Assembly: GCF_000143415.4 (NCBI RefSeq)
Contig: NW_003314273.1
Coordinates: 1,188,074 to 1,252,073, forward strand
Length of the DNA stretch: 64,000 nucleotides
Direction: 5' to 3'
Source of the DNA: Selaginella moellendorffii
Taxonomy: Eukaryota; Plantae; Lycopodiophyta
Shown: piece by piece, positions 48,672-61,175 of the stretch
Numbering within the stretch: position 1 is the stretch's first letter
Layout of the letters: every line of letters starts with the position of its first letter
Notes under the pieces: model-generated
Seen by the model: only the letters and a program-made list of their open reading frames with translations
Told to the model about the DNA's origin: nothing
Databases searched by the model: none
Position numbers and translations under genes: made by a program

Positions 48672-50748
48672 TTTAAACAAAAACAGTAAATGGATTTGGA
48701 TTTCTTCTATCCAGGAATGAATTTCCATGCTTGCTGGTAATCAGATAGAGGCCTATACTTCTGTCATGTGAATTTTAAAATGTATTGTGTTATGCTAATC
48801 CTTTCCTCTTGATCGTGGAGTGTGTGGTACCGTTTAATTTGGGACTGAGACTCGCACCTTTGGTAAATCGTGAAATGTAGAATTTGGATGTGGAATTTGG
48901 AACTTGAAATTTGCTTGGATACGCTGTTCAACGCTTCTTTCATACAATTTATTCGTCTTTATCTACTTTTTTATATTGGGGTACCACAAACTCCTAGGGG
49001 CTGCATTGCAAACACAGTAGCAAAGGATAACGTACCTACTATGCATGTGCCACCCAAAGTCGGTATTTGAGCAAAGGCGTGGAAAGCATTTTGCAGTGGC
49101 ATTAGCAGGAGAAACAGTCCGGTTTTCCTAGAAGGATGAAAAGTACAACATACCCAATGATGTCCGGGGGATTTGAGATGCGGGCATCTACAGAGATGGT
49201 GCAGTTAGGGAGATGACGGCTTAGCTAGTATAAAGCATTGTAATTTGGTCTCGTGAGGTTAGGCTGGACCTCACTTGTGAATTGAAGTGTTTACCAGTGT
49301 TTGAAAGTGTGTTTTTTTAGTAAGTTTAGAACTTGTGTCCCAGGTGTGGGATTCTTTTCTGTGTCTGAGTCAGGGAAGCTTGTGATAGGGAGTAGCATCA
49401 GTGTCTTGCGAGACTTCTTGGACGAGAGCAAGTTCGGTGTTGTGAGAGCATGCAAGGTTTTCACATTCAAAGCACTTGAAGCTACAGCGCAATCCTGTGA
49501 CACGATGCTCTTAAATCTGTGTACACTTGCAGCCTACTGGGGAAACACAGTGGCAGTGACCTTAGCTGCACACTTTGGTGGCTGTTCTCCTGCATGCAGG
49601 CAAGTTTATTGCGCAAGCCGTGGCCTTGACAGACGCTTCAGCAAATGTATCCCCAAAATGACCATTTTGATAACTTGTGTGTTCCTAAGTTTAAAAAGAA
49701 AGAAAAACACTCAATTCAAGCCTTGGCACCTTCCTGCTCACTGTTTAGTCCAGCTCATCTCAAGTTGCAGCCACCTCAAACACCGCGTAAACCACGCTAT
49801 AAAGGTCATCAAGGATGCTCAAATGCCAAATCAGCAGAATCATCATGAACTGCTCTACCATCCATACACAAATTCAGAAGCTACTTGGGCTTGAGGATTC
49901 ACAGGAGACTCTTTTGCGGCACACTTCGAGCTTTTGGAGATGATATTGCTGAATAGATGACCATTGAGAAGCAACCCCTGGTAGACAGAAAAGTGGTGGA
50001 GAAATACCCATAAACATCTCAAGCGCCATCTTATCTCTGGTGAAATCCTAATAAGTATGGCCTATCCTCACTCATTCTGAAATATTCTGACAGCGATATA
50101 TTATGTGGAGAATCTCGTGCAACCAGGAGAGTGTTGGTTTCTTCTTTTACCTTGCTACGTGGAGCTTTTCTATGACCTATATTTTCTTCAACAGGTTTTG
50201 CAACCTTTTTATGCTTTGCCATCCTAATACAAAGATAGGTGTGGAAAGAATGCATAAAGGAGGAAGACAGGCAAGGTTTCTAAAGTAGAAATATGGGGAA
50301 CACATCAAGCTGCCACATATGCTTGTAAAGAACCTATAAGGACCAGTGGCAGTGTTTGCACTATACACCGTGTAAAGAAGCTATCCAGATTGGGATCCAC
50401 AGCATTCTCATTCAAGTAGATAAGAAGATTGGTCTAGAGCTTATCTAAAACCATCTAGAAAGTCCATCGAGCTCATATAAAAAAAGAAAAATAATGGATA
50501 GAAATCAAGAATGATGTTAGTACAAAGAACCAAAAAAAAAAAAAAACGAAGAGAAATGCGAGAGGATAATGTAGACTGGATATGTAAAGCATTGGGGTAC
50601 TGTAACTTGCAACCATCATGCAAGTATTTTCCATTAGGTCTGGCTATGATGGTTTAGACAGAATCTCCATGCTACAGCATCAGGAACCGGTTGAGGCTGG
50701 CAATCTAAACACCATCCAGGAATTATTCTTTGTACACCAAGTTTTGGT

Positions 50749-53280
50749 TTAGTTTTTTTTTCCTTTGTCGCCAGGCTTCCCTTTCTTTGATGGGGATGCA
50801 ACCGGTTCATTCAGAATAACATCTAGGCTTGTTGACAAGTTTGGAACAATTACTTCAACAAGAACTTTTCGAATAATTTCTTTTGGTTCTCCTCCAGGAA
50901 TAATTTTGTGCTGTAGTTAAAATTTATTTTTATATATTTTTAAAAACGTCCATACCTCCATTGCAATCAAATAAAGGCAGAGCTCGCACTCCCTTAAGTT
51001 AATATCATAATCCATAAATGCATTAAAATCATCGTTATCACCTAAACAAACATAGTACAGGCCATAAACAAGTTTTCCAACTACCCTTGCTTGGTTAACA
51101 ACGAGGTCCGGACCAAATCTCTGCAAACATTAATATCTCAATATGGTTACAGTACAGGTGTCATTTACCAAAAAGAAATGTATAAGATATGCTATTTTAA
51201 TTGTCCCATCGCTGGTTCCAACTTCTCTCAGTGTAACATTAAAAAACTGCTGCATATGAGAACTAAAATCCACAAAAACCTTTTGAATTAAATCAGAAGA
51301 AATGAAAGTATATGGAGACTCTTTTCCACAAGCGTCCATTCTGAGGACGCTAGCTTCTAGAAAGGTGTTTACCTGCTATAAAGTTAGAAAAGATAGAGAT
51401 TTATAATTTTCAAACCTGTATTTCCAGCTTAGAGATAGTTTTGTGTTTTTCTCTAGCCAATTTAATAATAATTTCAAGAAACTCTCTATACAAAAATTGT
51501 CTCTTCTGCAGAATACATAGCAGGTGTATAGCAAATGATACATAACAAACATACGGGAAAATGAAGTTCTGATGCAGAATCCCAGGAAAAAGATGATGTA
51601 CGCAAGAGAAAATCTATTTGAGCCAAACCCAAACCTGGCTTTACAACCTGTGGAAGACAGTTACAGACATTACATTGCATATAATTCATACCTGTAGGTC
51701 ATGACAGAACTGCCAAAGTTGTTCCATTGTCAAGGCACGAGTTCGACCAAGGTAAGAAGGATTTTTTTCATTATTGGGAAAATAGCTGTCAGACGTGTTA
51801 ATATTGACATAGAATAAATACATGCATGTAGTCTACCTGTACAGCAGATAAATATCCTGCAATTTTTTGTTATATCGCAAAAAGATATATAGGGTATTCT
51901 CTAGGATATTTGAGTCAACCTCTAGCACGGCTTTCAAAGCCTAATCTAACGGAACAATTACGAAATTTGCCTTTTAAACACTTTGACTACCTCTTTTTCA
52001 ACAGCTGACGCCATCTTGCAAGCTGAATATCTGTCACGAGAAAAGTGTCCATAATGTAAGGTCCCATCTGGATAAACTAGGCACCCATGTCCTTCTTTTT
52101 GGCCATTCTTCCATATCCCCTTGAATCAAAAGTGTCTTTTGACGTTATGTCGGAAAGTGGCCAGCTACCTTAAAAAGAGCGCCTGTTGCATAATTGAAAA
52201 CGCCATATCCATTCCTCTTGCCTTCATTAAAACTTCCAGTATATGTATTCCTCAAAATGTTACCATTTTCTTCAACACTATCATCAGCCCAAATATCTGT
52301 TCCACTGGCAAATCATGCACCAGCATATGAGTGAACATGATAAAAGGAACGTGGATAATCCTTGAAATCAAGTACCTTCCATGTGGAAGATCATTTGTCC
52401 ATTCCCCTTTGTAAATTTGCACTGCCTTTGCATCCAGCCGCCAATGCCTATGCATTAATGAGATATCAGGTTTCTTATTGACAGACTGCGTGACCAGAAC
52501 GGCTTGACCAAATCCTTGTCTTTTTCCTTTAAACCAACAGCCTCTATAGGTACTCCCAGATTTGTAAACTAGGCTACCCTCCCCATGCTTGTAATCACTT
52601 TCCCATTGTCCATAGTAAACCGATTCACCAAGCTTTCCATAAGTCAATGTCCCCTGTAAAGCAATGTTTCCGTTTTAAGAAGAATAAGTACTTTGTTTGT
52701 CACCTCTTCATGTCTTAATCCATTTAACCACTTCCCTTTGTATTCACACCATTCATCGGTACGCATTATGCCAGCGCCATTTGGAAGTCCATCCAAGACC
52801 TGCAAAAGATTCTGGAATGCCAGTAATAGACGAAACTGCTACCTCTCCACAATAATTTGCTCCATTGAGCCATTTATAAGTCCCTGTCCCGTGAATGCAG
52901 TTATAAAAAAACTGTCCTTCATATGATAAACCAGTGCTAAACTCTAGCCTTCCTTGACCATGCATGAGTCCCTTCTTATACTTGCCAATGTACTTCATAA
53001 TCCCTCCCAAAATTGTGGCTTTCCCTTCGCCATCAGGAATTCCATCGCTTGTTGCCTCACCAGAGTACGTCCAGTTTGTCCAAGCAGACAACACACCCTC
53101 AGAAACGCCGTATGCTCTCAAACAAGCATTGTAATCGTAGAGAAGCTGATCTTGCGTAGCAAAGCACACGTTTTCAGTTGTGCGGAAGTTCACACCAGCC
53201 CAAGTTGGGTGCAATGTTTTGTCATTGGACGATTCCAGAAAGTTTTCCGGCTTCTCAGTCATGCTCTGTGAATTTTCCAT
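50749..53280 (-). CDS. MORN-repeat protein, radial spoke head 10B (RSPH10B)-like
   Basis: Tandem MORN repeats (YIGKYKKGLMHGQG, YEGQFFYNCIHGTGTYKW, YYGQWESDYKHGEG), followed by FWHFCHDL..LGLAQID resembling the post-MORN region of RSPH10B. Multi-exon, with a basic C-terminal tail ending at TAA 50751-50749. Confidence 0.8.
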
Positions 53281-55517
53281 GACACACAAAATGACTATGA
53301 CCTAGAACAGGATACAAATTCGATATTTATTTCTAGATTTAAAATCTCTAAAGTGTGGGAGGAGGCTAGTTTCCTATATGCTTATTTTCCTATGCTAATC
53401 CCTTCCTTTTGAGGAAGTGGTATTTTGTGGCTTGTTTGTGGCACACTAAGGAAGCTTGTTCAAGCTTGTAGAATAGTAGATACTCCGTTGTCCTATTGGA
53501 GTAAGACTCATCCCTTCGTGTGCTATTTTCAGACTGAGAACATCAGGGATGTTGAAAAGCTCTACTGTGGTGCCCGGTCAAATGTAAGCTCCTCTCTTCT
53601 CCATTTTTGCGGTAAATGGTTTCTGCGGCACCTAGTTTGCTACACCATAAATGGAGTAATCAATGACGAAAACAAGTATTTAGAATTTTGCATTATTCTA
53701 GCTATATACTAGACCTCTTCCTTTTTCTACTGATGAGTGCTTTGGAAACCTTTGTTGTAAATGCTTTGTGAAAGCTTTATTTCTTCAGTAATATATGATC
53801 CAACATCTTTTGCAGATGTAATAGTGTTTCCAAAGCGATATATGTGCAGTAAGAGCTATTAAGTATTAAGAATACCTGATCCATGAGCTTTGTTAGATTC
53901 AGACATCTTTTCTCCAAGATTAGGCAAGAATTTAAAGTTCAATATAGATTTGTGGTGGTGTTGTTTACTTCTTCTCACTGTGAAGACCTGTGTCCAATGT
54001 CAACCTTAAGGAGAAACTAATGTTCTTGACTGTGCTCTTTGTGCCGTGGATTATACAAAGACTAGCGTGCTCCTAGGGAACATGGTAGCTTTTTCCAATC
54101 TTTCTAGGCCTTTGATCATAATATATCTTTTGTTTTTTTAGCAGCCTTTTTTTGGGGGCGACCTCTTTCGTAGTAGTGGAGTGGTTTGATTTTACATATC
54201 CCGGTGTCAGCCCACGCAAATATTGGTAAAACGATTTTTCTTATGTTGTCTTTGTTTCTTTTCCATTTTGCAGGTGTTAGATACTTTCTTCCATTTACTA
54301 TGCCATATATACCGCCTTGACAAGATAGCATCATCATGTTTCTGTTTACTACTCTGTCAAGGAACCAGAGCTTTTTTGTTTTCCCTGGGACAGACAACTC
54401 TGCATGTAGTCACTAAGCTTTGACTGAATCTCTCTTTTTTCCTTATCTAAGTTTAACTTGCAGCCATTTCCCACCTGATAATGAAGTAATCTCCATCAAG
54501 ATCCAACACTGTTGAATATTCCTTTAGAATATTTTTATCAACCACAAAAATTAAACTGGCTCAAATACCAATGTTAGGATCCTATCCATTACACTCTTTG
54601 CCAACTTACTAAATGGGTGATCACATGATTGTCCCTTTTTTATCCTATTATTCTAACCTAGTGTCTAAGAGCCATGACAGGGAACTATTTAATTTGGTGT
54701 GGCAAAGAAGGATTTAGGTCTGGAAAGAACAGTTTTTTAAACTGTGAGCAAAGATGATTCGCTTTGACACTATTAGGTGCCAGTTTTGACCATGTGGTCA
54801 ACATCAGTCAAAGGTCAGCTTAAGGATATATTAAGGCATGGACTTACCAAGTCATAACATTGTTATTAAAGGAGTTGATTGCGATGGCCAACTAAGAAAT
54901 ATTGAAATCCTAATGTTGATAGTAGTGCTAATGTTTGAACTATCCACAATGTTGTTCATGAGTTATAAGCCCTCAACAGAAACTAGTAAAGATGCAAGAG
55001 GAGATGTATGGGCATGTAAAAGCACTTGAGGCTGGAGGTGGTGGTGCTTCAGGCAAGGCTTCCTTGGTGGATCAACTTAAAATTTTAACTTTTTCCAGTG
55101 ATGGTAGCATGAGTGTTTGGTTTGGCTAGCCAATGTGAAGGTCTTGATTGCTAAAGGAACTCCAGATGTAGAGGCTTAGTAGCTATTCCAATGGTTTTAT
55201 GTGATGCAAGTCTTCAATGGTGGAATTAGATTGAGAACACTTGTGTTGCTAATAAGAACCATGGATGAGTTTGAGGTTGTTTTTTGTTTACTCATTATAA
55301 TGTGGAGAATGTTTATATAAAACTTTGACACTTCTAGTAAGGGAAAATGATGCTCGATGACTACATTGAGAAATTTACTAGCTTGATCAGCTATGTTCCA
55401 ACAAAGGATCTAGATTTAAATAAGTCCTACTTCATTGATAGCCTTCATAGTGCAAGCTTGAGGTAGCACTTGTGTCATTCCCAACCTATGAAAAGTTTGG
55501 AGGAGATATTTGAAGAC

Positions 55518-55872
55518 TAACACAAAGGGCATGATAGCGAGGGTGTTTGGCAGACACGGTAAGCTATCATCCAGCGATATTGAGGGACCAATCTCAATAC
55601 GCGAGGGTTCTTGTCACTAGCAAGTGCAAGACAAAACGAGACAGGAACTCCTTACTGGGCTAAGTCTACTTAGCTAATAACACGTAGGAATTCCGTCCTT
55701 ATGCTCGTGCGGTTTAAGTACACTCGAAATGCCCAGTTAACTCCACTAGCACAAGAGGGACTGATAAAAGGTCCAGCAATACCAACCTCCTGCCATCATG
55801 GCAGTAAGGTAAGAGTGTCCGAAAGGACAGGCGAACAGGTAACTTTCGATACCCGAAGTCACATTTATGACA
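55518..55872 (-). repeat. Partial family B LTR
   Basis: Aligns with ~28018-28368 in the same orientation and ends gtcacatttatgaca. Confidence 0.85.
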
Positions 55873-58255
55873 AAACATCACCCACAAATATTTTCTAGAA
55901 TCTAATGGCCATTCCCATCATATTCACGACCCATACTATAACCCATTTCATGAGTCATGAAGGCAGGATCCCAATCACCCTTTTTATGAATCTCAGGTCC
56001 ATTTCATGGTTTGTTTATCCCAAATTACCCAAGGCTCTGTAGTCCTTCTCATTCATTAAGCTTACAATGTCACAACAAAGTAGAAGACTAGAAGAGAAAA
56101 TTGGCATAATACAAGGCAAGTACTTCTCATAATGTGCTCATCTATAGCTAATTCTATAGTGTAAGTTCCAACCAACTGTCAGGACCATAGGGTAGGCAAA
56201 GATCTTCAACAACTGTTGAAACATAAAGTACCACAACTAATAGCAACTGCCAGTGGGTTGTATAATTTGGCTTGACCATCTTGTATTACTAGCAATTCCA
56301 TGTATTACCAAAGCTACAAGTGCAACAATTGTCTCATAACATGAAATTAGTGGCAAACTAAAAGGCAATGGCAAACTAAAAGGCAGTGCTCTATCACAAT
56401 AGCAAAGTAGAGAATTTCACCAAAATACTAAAATTTCTTTTGTAGCTTCAGAGATACAATAAACTTTTAAAATTTGTTAAAAGGCAAGTCTAGATTAACC
56501 ATTGTAGTGAAAAATTGAAAATCCAGGGTTTTGGGTGAGCAAGGATGGGCCAAAACTATTCAATGTATGTTGTTTGTTGTGGTAGAAAAATTAGAATATT
56601 TAAATATAGGAGTGTTCTCCATCCCCTAGTTGGCAATAACTTCTTTTCTATGTTTCACTGTATTGATCCTACTCTCATACAGCTTCATCAATCCTTCTCC
56701 CTCAATTCCATAGAGTAAGTCAAAGGTTTCCTAAACTGTATAGTGCTTTGGATTTACTCAGCATATGAAACAAAGATCTGGCTATAGAAGGGCTCTAGGC
56801 TTGTGGTTCTAGCCAATTGGGTTAAAACTCATCCACATGCTTGTGGCCAGCAGTCTAAGCCAGCTTCTAGCACCAAGCCCAAACAAAAGGGGAATGATAT
56901 CAAAGACAAAGATGTAAAGAAGGATAGTTATATGACTGTTGAAGAGCATCTAAATGAACCACACAGTCTAGAAGATTGTGGCTCTTGTTCCCAGAGTAGC
57001 AACAGTAATCCCATTCTAGAAAATTTATCAGTAACCCAACTATATCTTTGTCTATTGAAAGAAACGAGTGGAAAATAAAATGCAAAAATAAAAATGGAAT
57101 ATTCTCATGATGAACTTGGACTTTACTATTTGTTAGACAGTTTTGGAATTTCTTACTTTAAATTCACATTCACCATTTTTCAAGTGTTCCCTATGGGACT
57201 AGGTTAGAAAGCAATTGATATAGCAAGTATTATGTGCACTCCTTGCTACGATAGCTTGATGAGAACAAGCTCTCTCGAGCAAGTCTGGGCTGTGGGATGC
57301 TAGCCAGGCTGGTTGTTAACTGTATTACACCAAATCCATATTGGCTCACCCTACCTAAATTCAAGGGAGTCACATACAAAGTGGTGCAATTTTGACAAAA
57401 GAAGCAATTTTCAAGTTAGGAGGATTATCACTCATAAACCATATCCATACCGATGATCTCAATGATCCAGGTGCACAAGTTCTAACCCATATGTTACATA
57501 TGGTTAACCCATGAGGCACTTGATGAATTGCTCTGCCTAGATGATTGTATGGACTTGGAAAACTTGAAAAAACACATTTGTGACAATTCTAGCCAATGTG
57601 CCAAGAAGGATCCTTCTCCAATGGGGTATTTGCCATGCCTCCATTGTCATTGAGTGAGCAAAACCTGCCTTTAGCATATCTGCCACCTACTTTGGCTCAT
57701 TGAACAACACTTGCCACACTACTGTAGATATGCATTCTTCCATATTGTCAACATAGTTGTCATTGATCTTCAAGTATAGTTGTAGGAGTTAATTGAGATG
57801 CACAATTGCAAGGTCCTTAAGAATGGCTTCCACCACCTCCTCCTAAACCTGTTTAGAGCCTCAATCTGTCACCTCTTAGAGCATGTTCATGGCATTCCTC
57901 ACAATGGGCAAGATGGACTTCAGATCCATTTCAAATAGTTTGCCTTGGCATAATCTCTTGTCATCTTGCTTAGGCACCTCCTCTATTGCTATTGCAAGCG
58001 TGGCTATCATGCACATCTATGCATGTCAATACCTGGACATTATTCTCAAACACTTGGAATAGAAGCCAATCCACGAACATTGCCTACATATTGAATCCTT
58101 CTTAGAAAGCATTACAAGGGACCATTGAGACTTACCAAGTTTCTATGACATTCCCGCAATCATGTCATATCAGGTAGCATCCTTAGATGCCAGTGGGCAC
58201 CACCTTCTCCCATCACAAACATTCACATCAACTGCAAAGTGCAAAATATAGGCCT

Positions 58256-61175
58256 CAGACTCAGACTCGATCTTAGACTCGATCTCGGACTCGACCTCAG
58301 ACTCTGTCTCAAACTCGATTTCAGACTCGGTCTTAGACCCGATCTCGGGTCTTGAACTCAGTCTTGGACTCGGTTTTGAACTTGGTCTCAAACGCAGTCT
58401 TGGACTCGATCTTGGACTCAGTCTTGAACTCGGTTTTAGAATTGGTCTCAGACTCAGTCTCATCCGATGAACTCTGTATCATTTTGGTTGTGCTTTCAGG
58501 GATCCTTTAGCCTTTGACACCTCAGGGAGTTGGTTCCTTACAACTCCACCACCCATAAAAAAAGTTTAATGCCCACATCGAATGCCTCTTTTTAATCCTA
58601 TGGCTTGTTGACCATGTCTCTGAGGGCATCCCCCCATTTAGCAGTGTGCCTAAGTTAGCCTCCTCAACCAAAAGCCCATGACAATGGAATATAGGTGTCC
58701 TTATACCCCTCCCCTCACCACACCCTAGTATGGGGTTGGGACTTGAACCCAGCCTTGTATTACTAGAGTCAAACCTAACCTCCATAGAATACGTCTATAG
58801 ATTCAACATCCCCACAGGGAGTCGAGTGTAGTTTCCTACGCCTAGTCGACCTAGCTAAATCATGCTAATTATCTTACCTTTGGCGCACCTTCTGGTCCTA
58901 ACATATGACATTATTCAATTTTGCAAATAGATTTTTTAATTTTGCATAAGTATATAGAGTTCTACTTTGCAAAAATTCCTCCACTAGATCCCGTGCGTTC
59001 ACTAGGTTTTCTTCTAGTTCCTATATTGCTTCGTAGTGTGGAAATCCTTTCCACTTTATATGGAACTCCCTCACCTTATGTCCTTGTCACTTGCTCTTAT
59101 ACGCATTGAGGATGGCCTTGATTTCCTATTCCTTTTCTTATTGGATAACCTCAGGGGAAGGTGTTACTTGGTCCTTGTGAAGCAGATCCTCAAAGTAGGG
59201 CTTGAATAACTTCACATGGAACACAGGGTGCGTTTTCCCCATCTCTCAAGGAAGTCGGAGGACCTTACCAATTCGTGCCTCAATCTCGTAACACCCTACG
59301 AACTTGCTTAAGGAACTCAAGATTAGTTCATTTTCAGGAATACATGCATTTTTACCTTTGGGTTAGCTTTCGGCTGATCCCACTTGGTAGCCTTAGATTC
59401 TTGGTATTCAACCACACCTTCTCCCCAGATTGGAACTTTATATCCTGGCACTTTTGGTTTGCATACTTGGTTTGCCTTTGTTGGGCCCGTTCCAAGGAAT
59501 CCCTCACTAGTTTTCAAATATTGAATCTTTCTGCCATGAATGCCTCCACTATAGGTAACTTTCTATGATACTCGGCCACGCTAAGTTCCATAGGACCTTC
59601 AATAGCTCACCCATTGATGACTTCCCATGGACTCACCCCAATACTCAAGTGTGGTGAGTTGTTATAGCACATTTCCACAAGTCCCAAATGACTTACCCAA
59701 TTAATTTGGTCTCCGGAGACATAACACCGCAAATAATCCTCCAGTTGCCTATTCACCCTTTCCGTTTATTCGTTTGTCAAGAAGTGTTAGTGCTATCAAA
59801 CTTGACTTAATACCCAATAACTATCTATGGGTGATAAGCTGTGTTGAATTTCAACTTGGTGTGATAGTATTTCAGAAGAGTTCTCTAGAACCTATTGGTC
59901 AAGATTTTATCTCGATCTAAAAGAATCTCTTCTAGCCACTTGAACCACTTGTTCAAAAAATAGCTTTATTACACTTTCCGCATCTACTTCCGTTGTGGTG
60001 GGTATGAAATGTGCTATATTCGAAAATCAATACACCACCACAAATATTGTATCAAACCCCTCACTTAAGAGGAGTCCCGTGATGAAGTCCATCATAAGAG
60101 ATTTCCATGGACGATCTAGAATTGGGATGCTTTGTAACAAGCCCCCACTAGCCTTAATCATGGCTTTGACCTGCTAACATATTGGATATGTCTTTACATA
60201 GTCTTGGACATCCTTAACCATATCTGGCTAGTGATACTTCCTTTTGAGTAAGCCCATTGTTTTGGAAACTTCGCCGTGTCCCGCAAAAGGTCCATCATGA
60301 CACTCTTTTAAGGCTACCTTCCTTAGTTCCCTTTCTGGAACATACACCCTTGTTTGTTTATAATAAATGAGTCCATTGCATTCCACATAGTTTGTTTTCT
60401 CTTCCATTGGCAACTCACTTTTCTAGTGAGCTTCCCGTGCCTCTTAGTTCCTCAACAACACTTCTTGTGTTAGACCATTGTTCTTATATGTTGTCCACAC
60501 ATCGTCCCAAAAGGTTGTTGTCTCGCTAGATATTGCTAACTTCAAGCCCGCCTTTTTATTTAGAGCATCTGCCATGATATTGCTCTTCCCAAGTTTATAC
60601 TGAGTCTCACAATCAAACTTAGCCAAAGCATTTGCCCACCGACCCTGTTTCCCTCTCAGGTCGGGCTGTGACAAGAAGTGTTTCGTTGCCACATTATCTG
60701 TGTAAACTTTGAAGTGTCTCCCAAGGTAGTGTCGCCACTCCTTGAACACCTTGACCACCACAAACAATTCCTTCTTGTGAACAAGCCACTTTCACTGAGC
60801 CTTGTCTAGCTTTTTTGAGAAGAATGTTATTGGATGGTTATCTTTTTTCAAAACTATGCCCAATACAAAGTCTGAAGCATTCGTTTCTACCTCAAAGTCT
60901 TTACTAAAGTCTGGTAACACCAACACATGATCCTTCCTCAACTTCTCTTTGAGGTGGATAAATGTTGCTTCGCATTTTGCTGTCCATACCATCTTCCCTT
61001 TTCCCATTTGATCTGTTAAAGGAAGGGCTACTCTCGAATAGTGTTTAATAAGCTTTCGGTACTAGTTGTATAACCCCAAGAATGCCCTTAACTCGTATAC
61101 ATTCGATAGTCATTCTCATTCCTGGATCGCTTGGACCTTCTTAGGGTCCACCTTGAGCAAGCCTTAGGGTCCACC
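58256..61175 (-). mobile_element. Family A gypsy fragment (RT end, RNase H, integrase, chromodomain, PPT, partial 3' LTR)
   Basis: Colinear with 4600-5662 plus 20227-21450 and with 746-1310. Contains the uninterrupted counterpart of the DNA-transposon insertion site. Confidence 0.9.

Noticed and set aside
49291-50255. ORFs between the WD40 and MORN genes (e.g. the 197-aa plus-strand ORF)
   Set aside because: No motifs and no ATG for the long ORF; the minus-strand frames contain stops. Possibly a decayed gene or TE, but unsupported.
57300-58250. Possible hAT-like transposase remnant on the minus strand
   Set aside because: Only a vague resemblance to the C-terminal dimerisation region with many stops; too weak to call.
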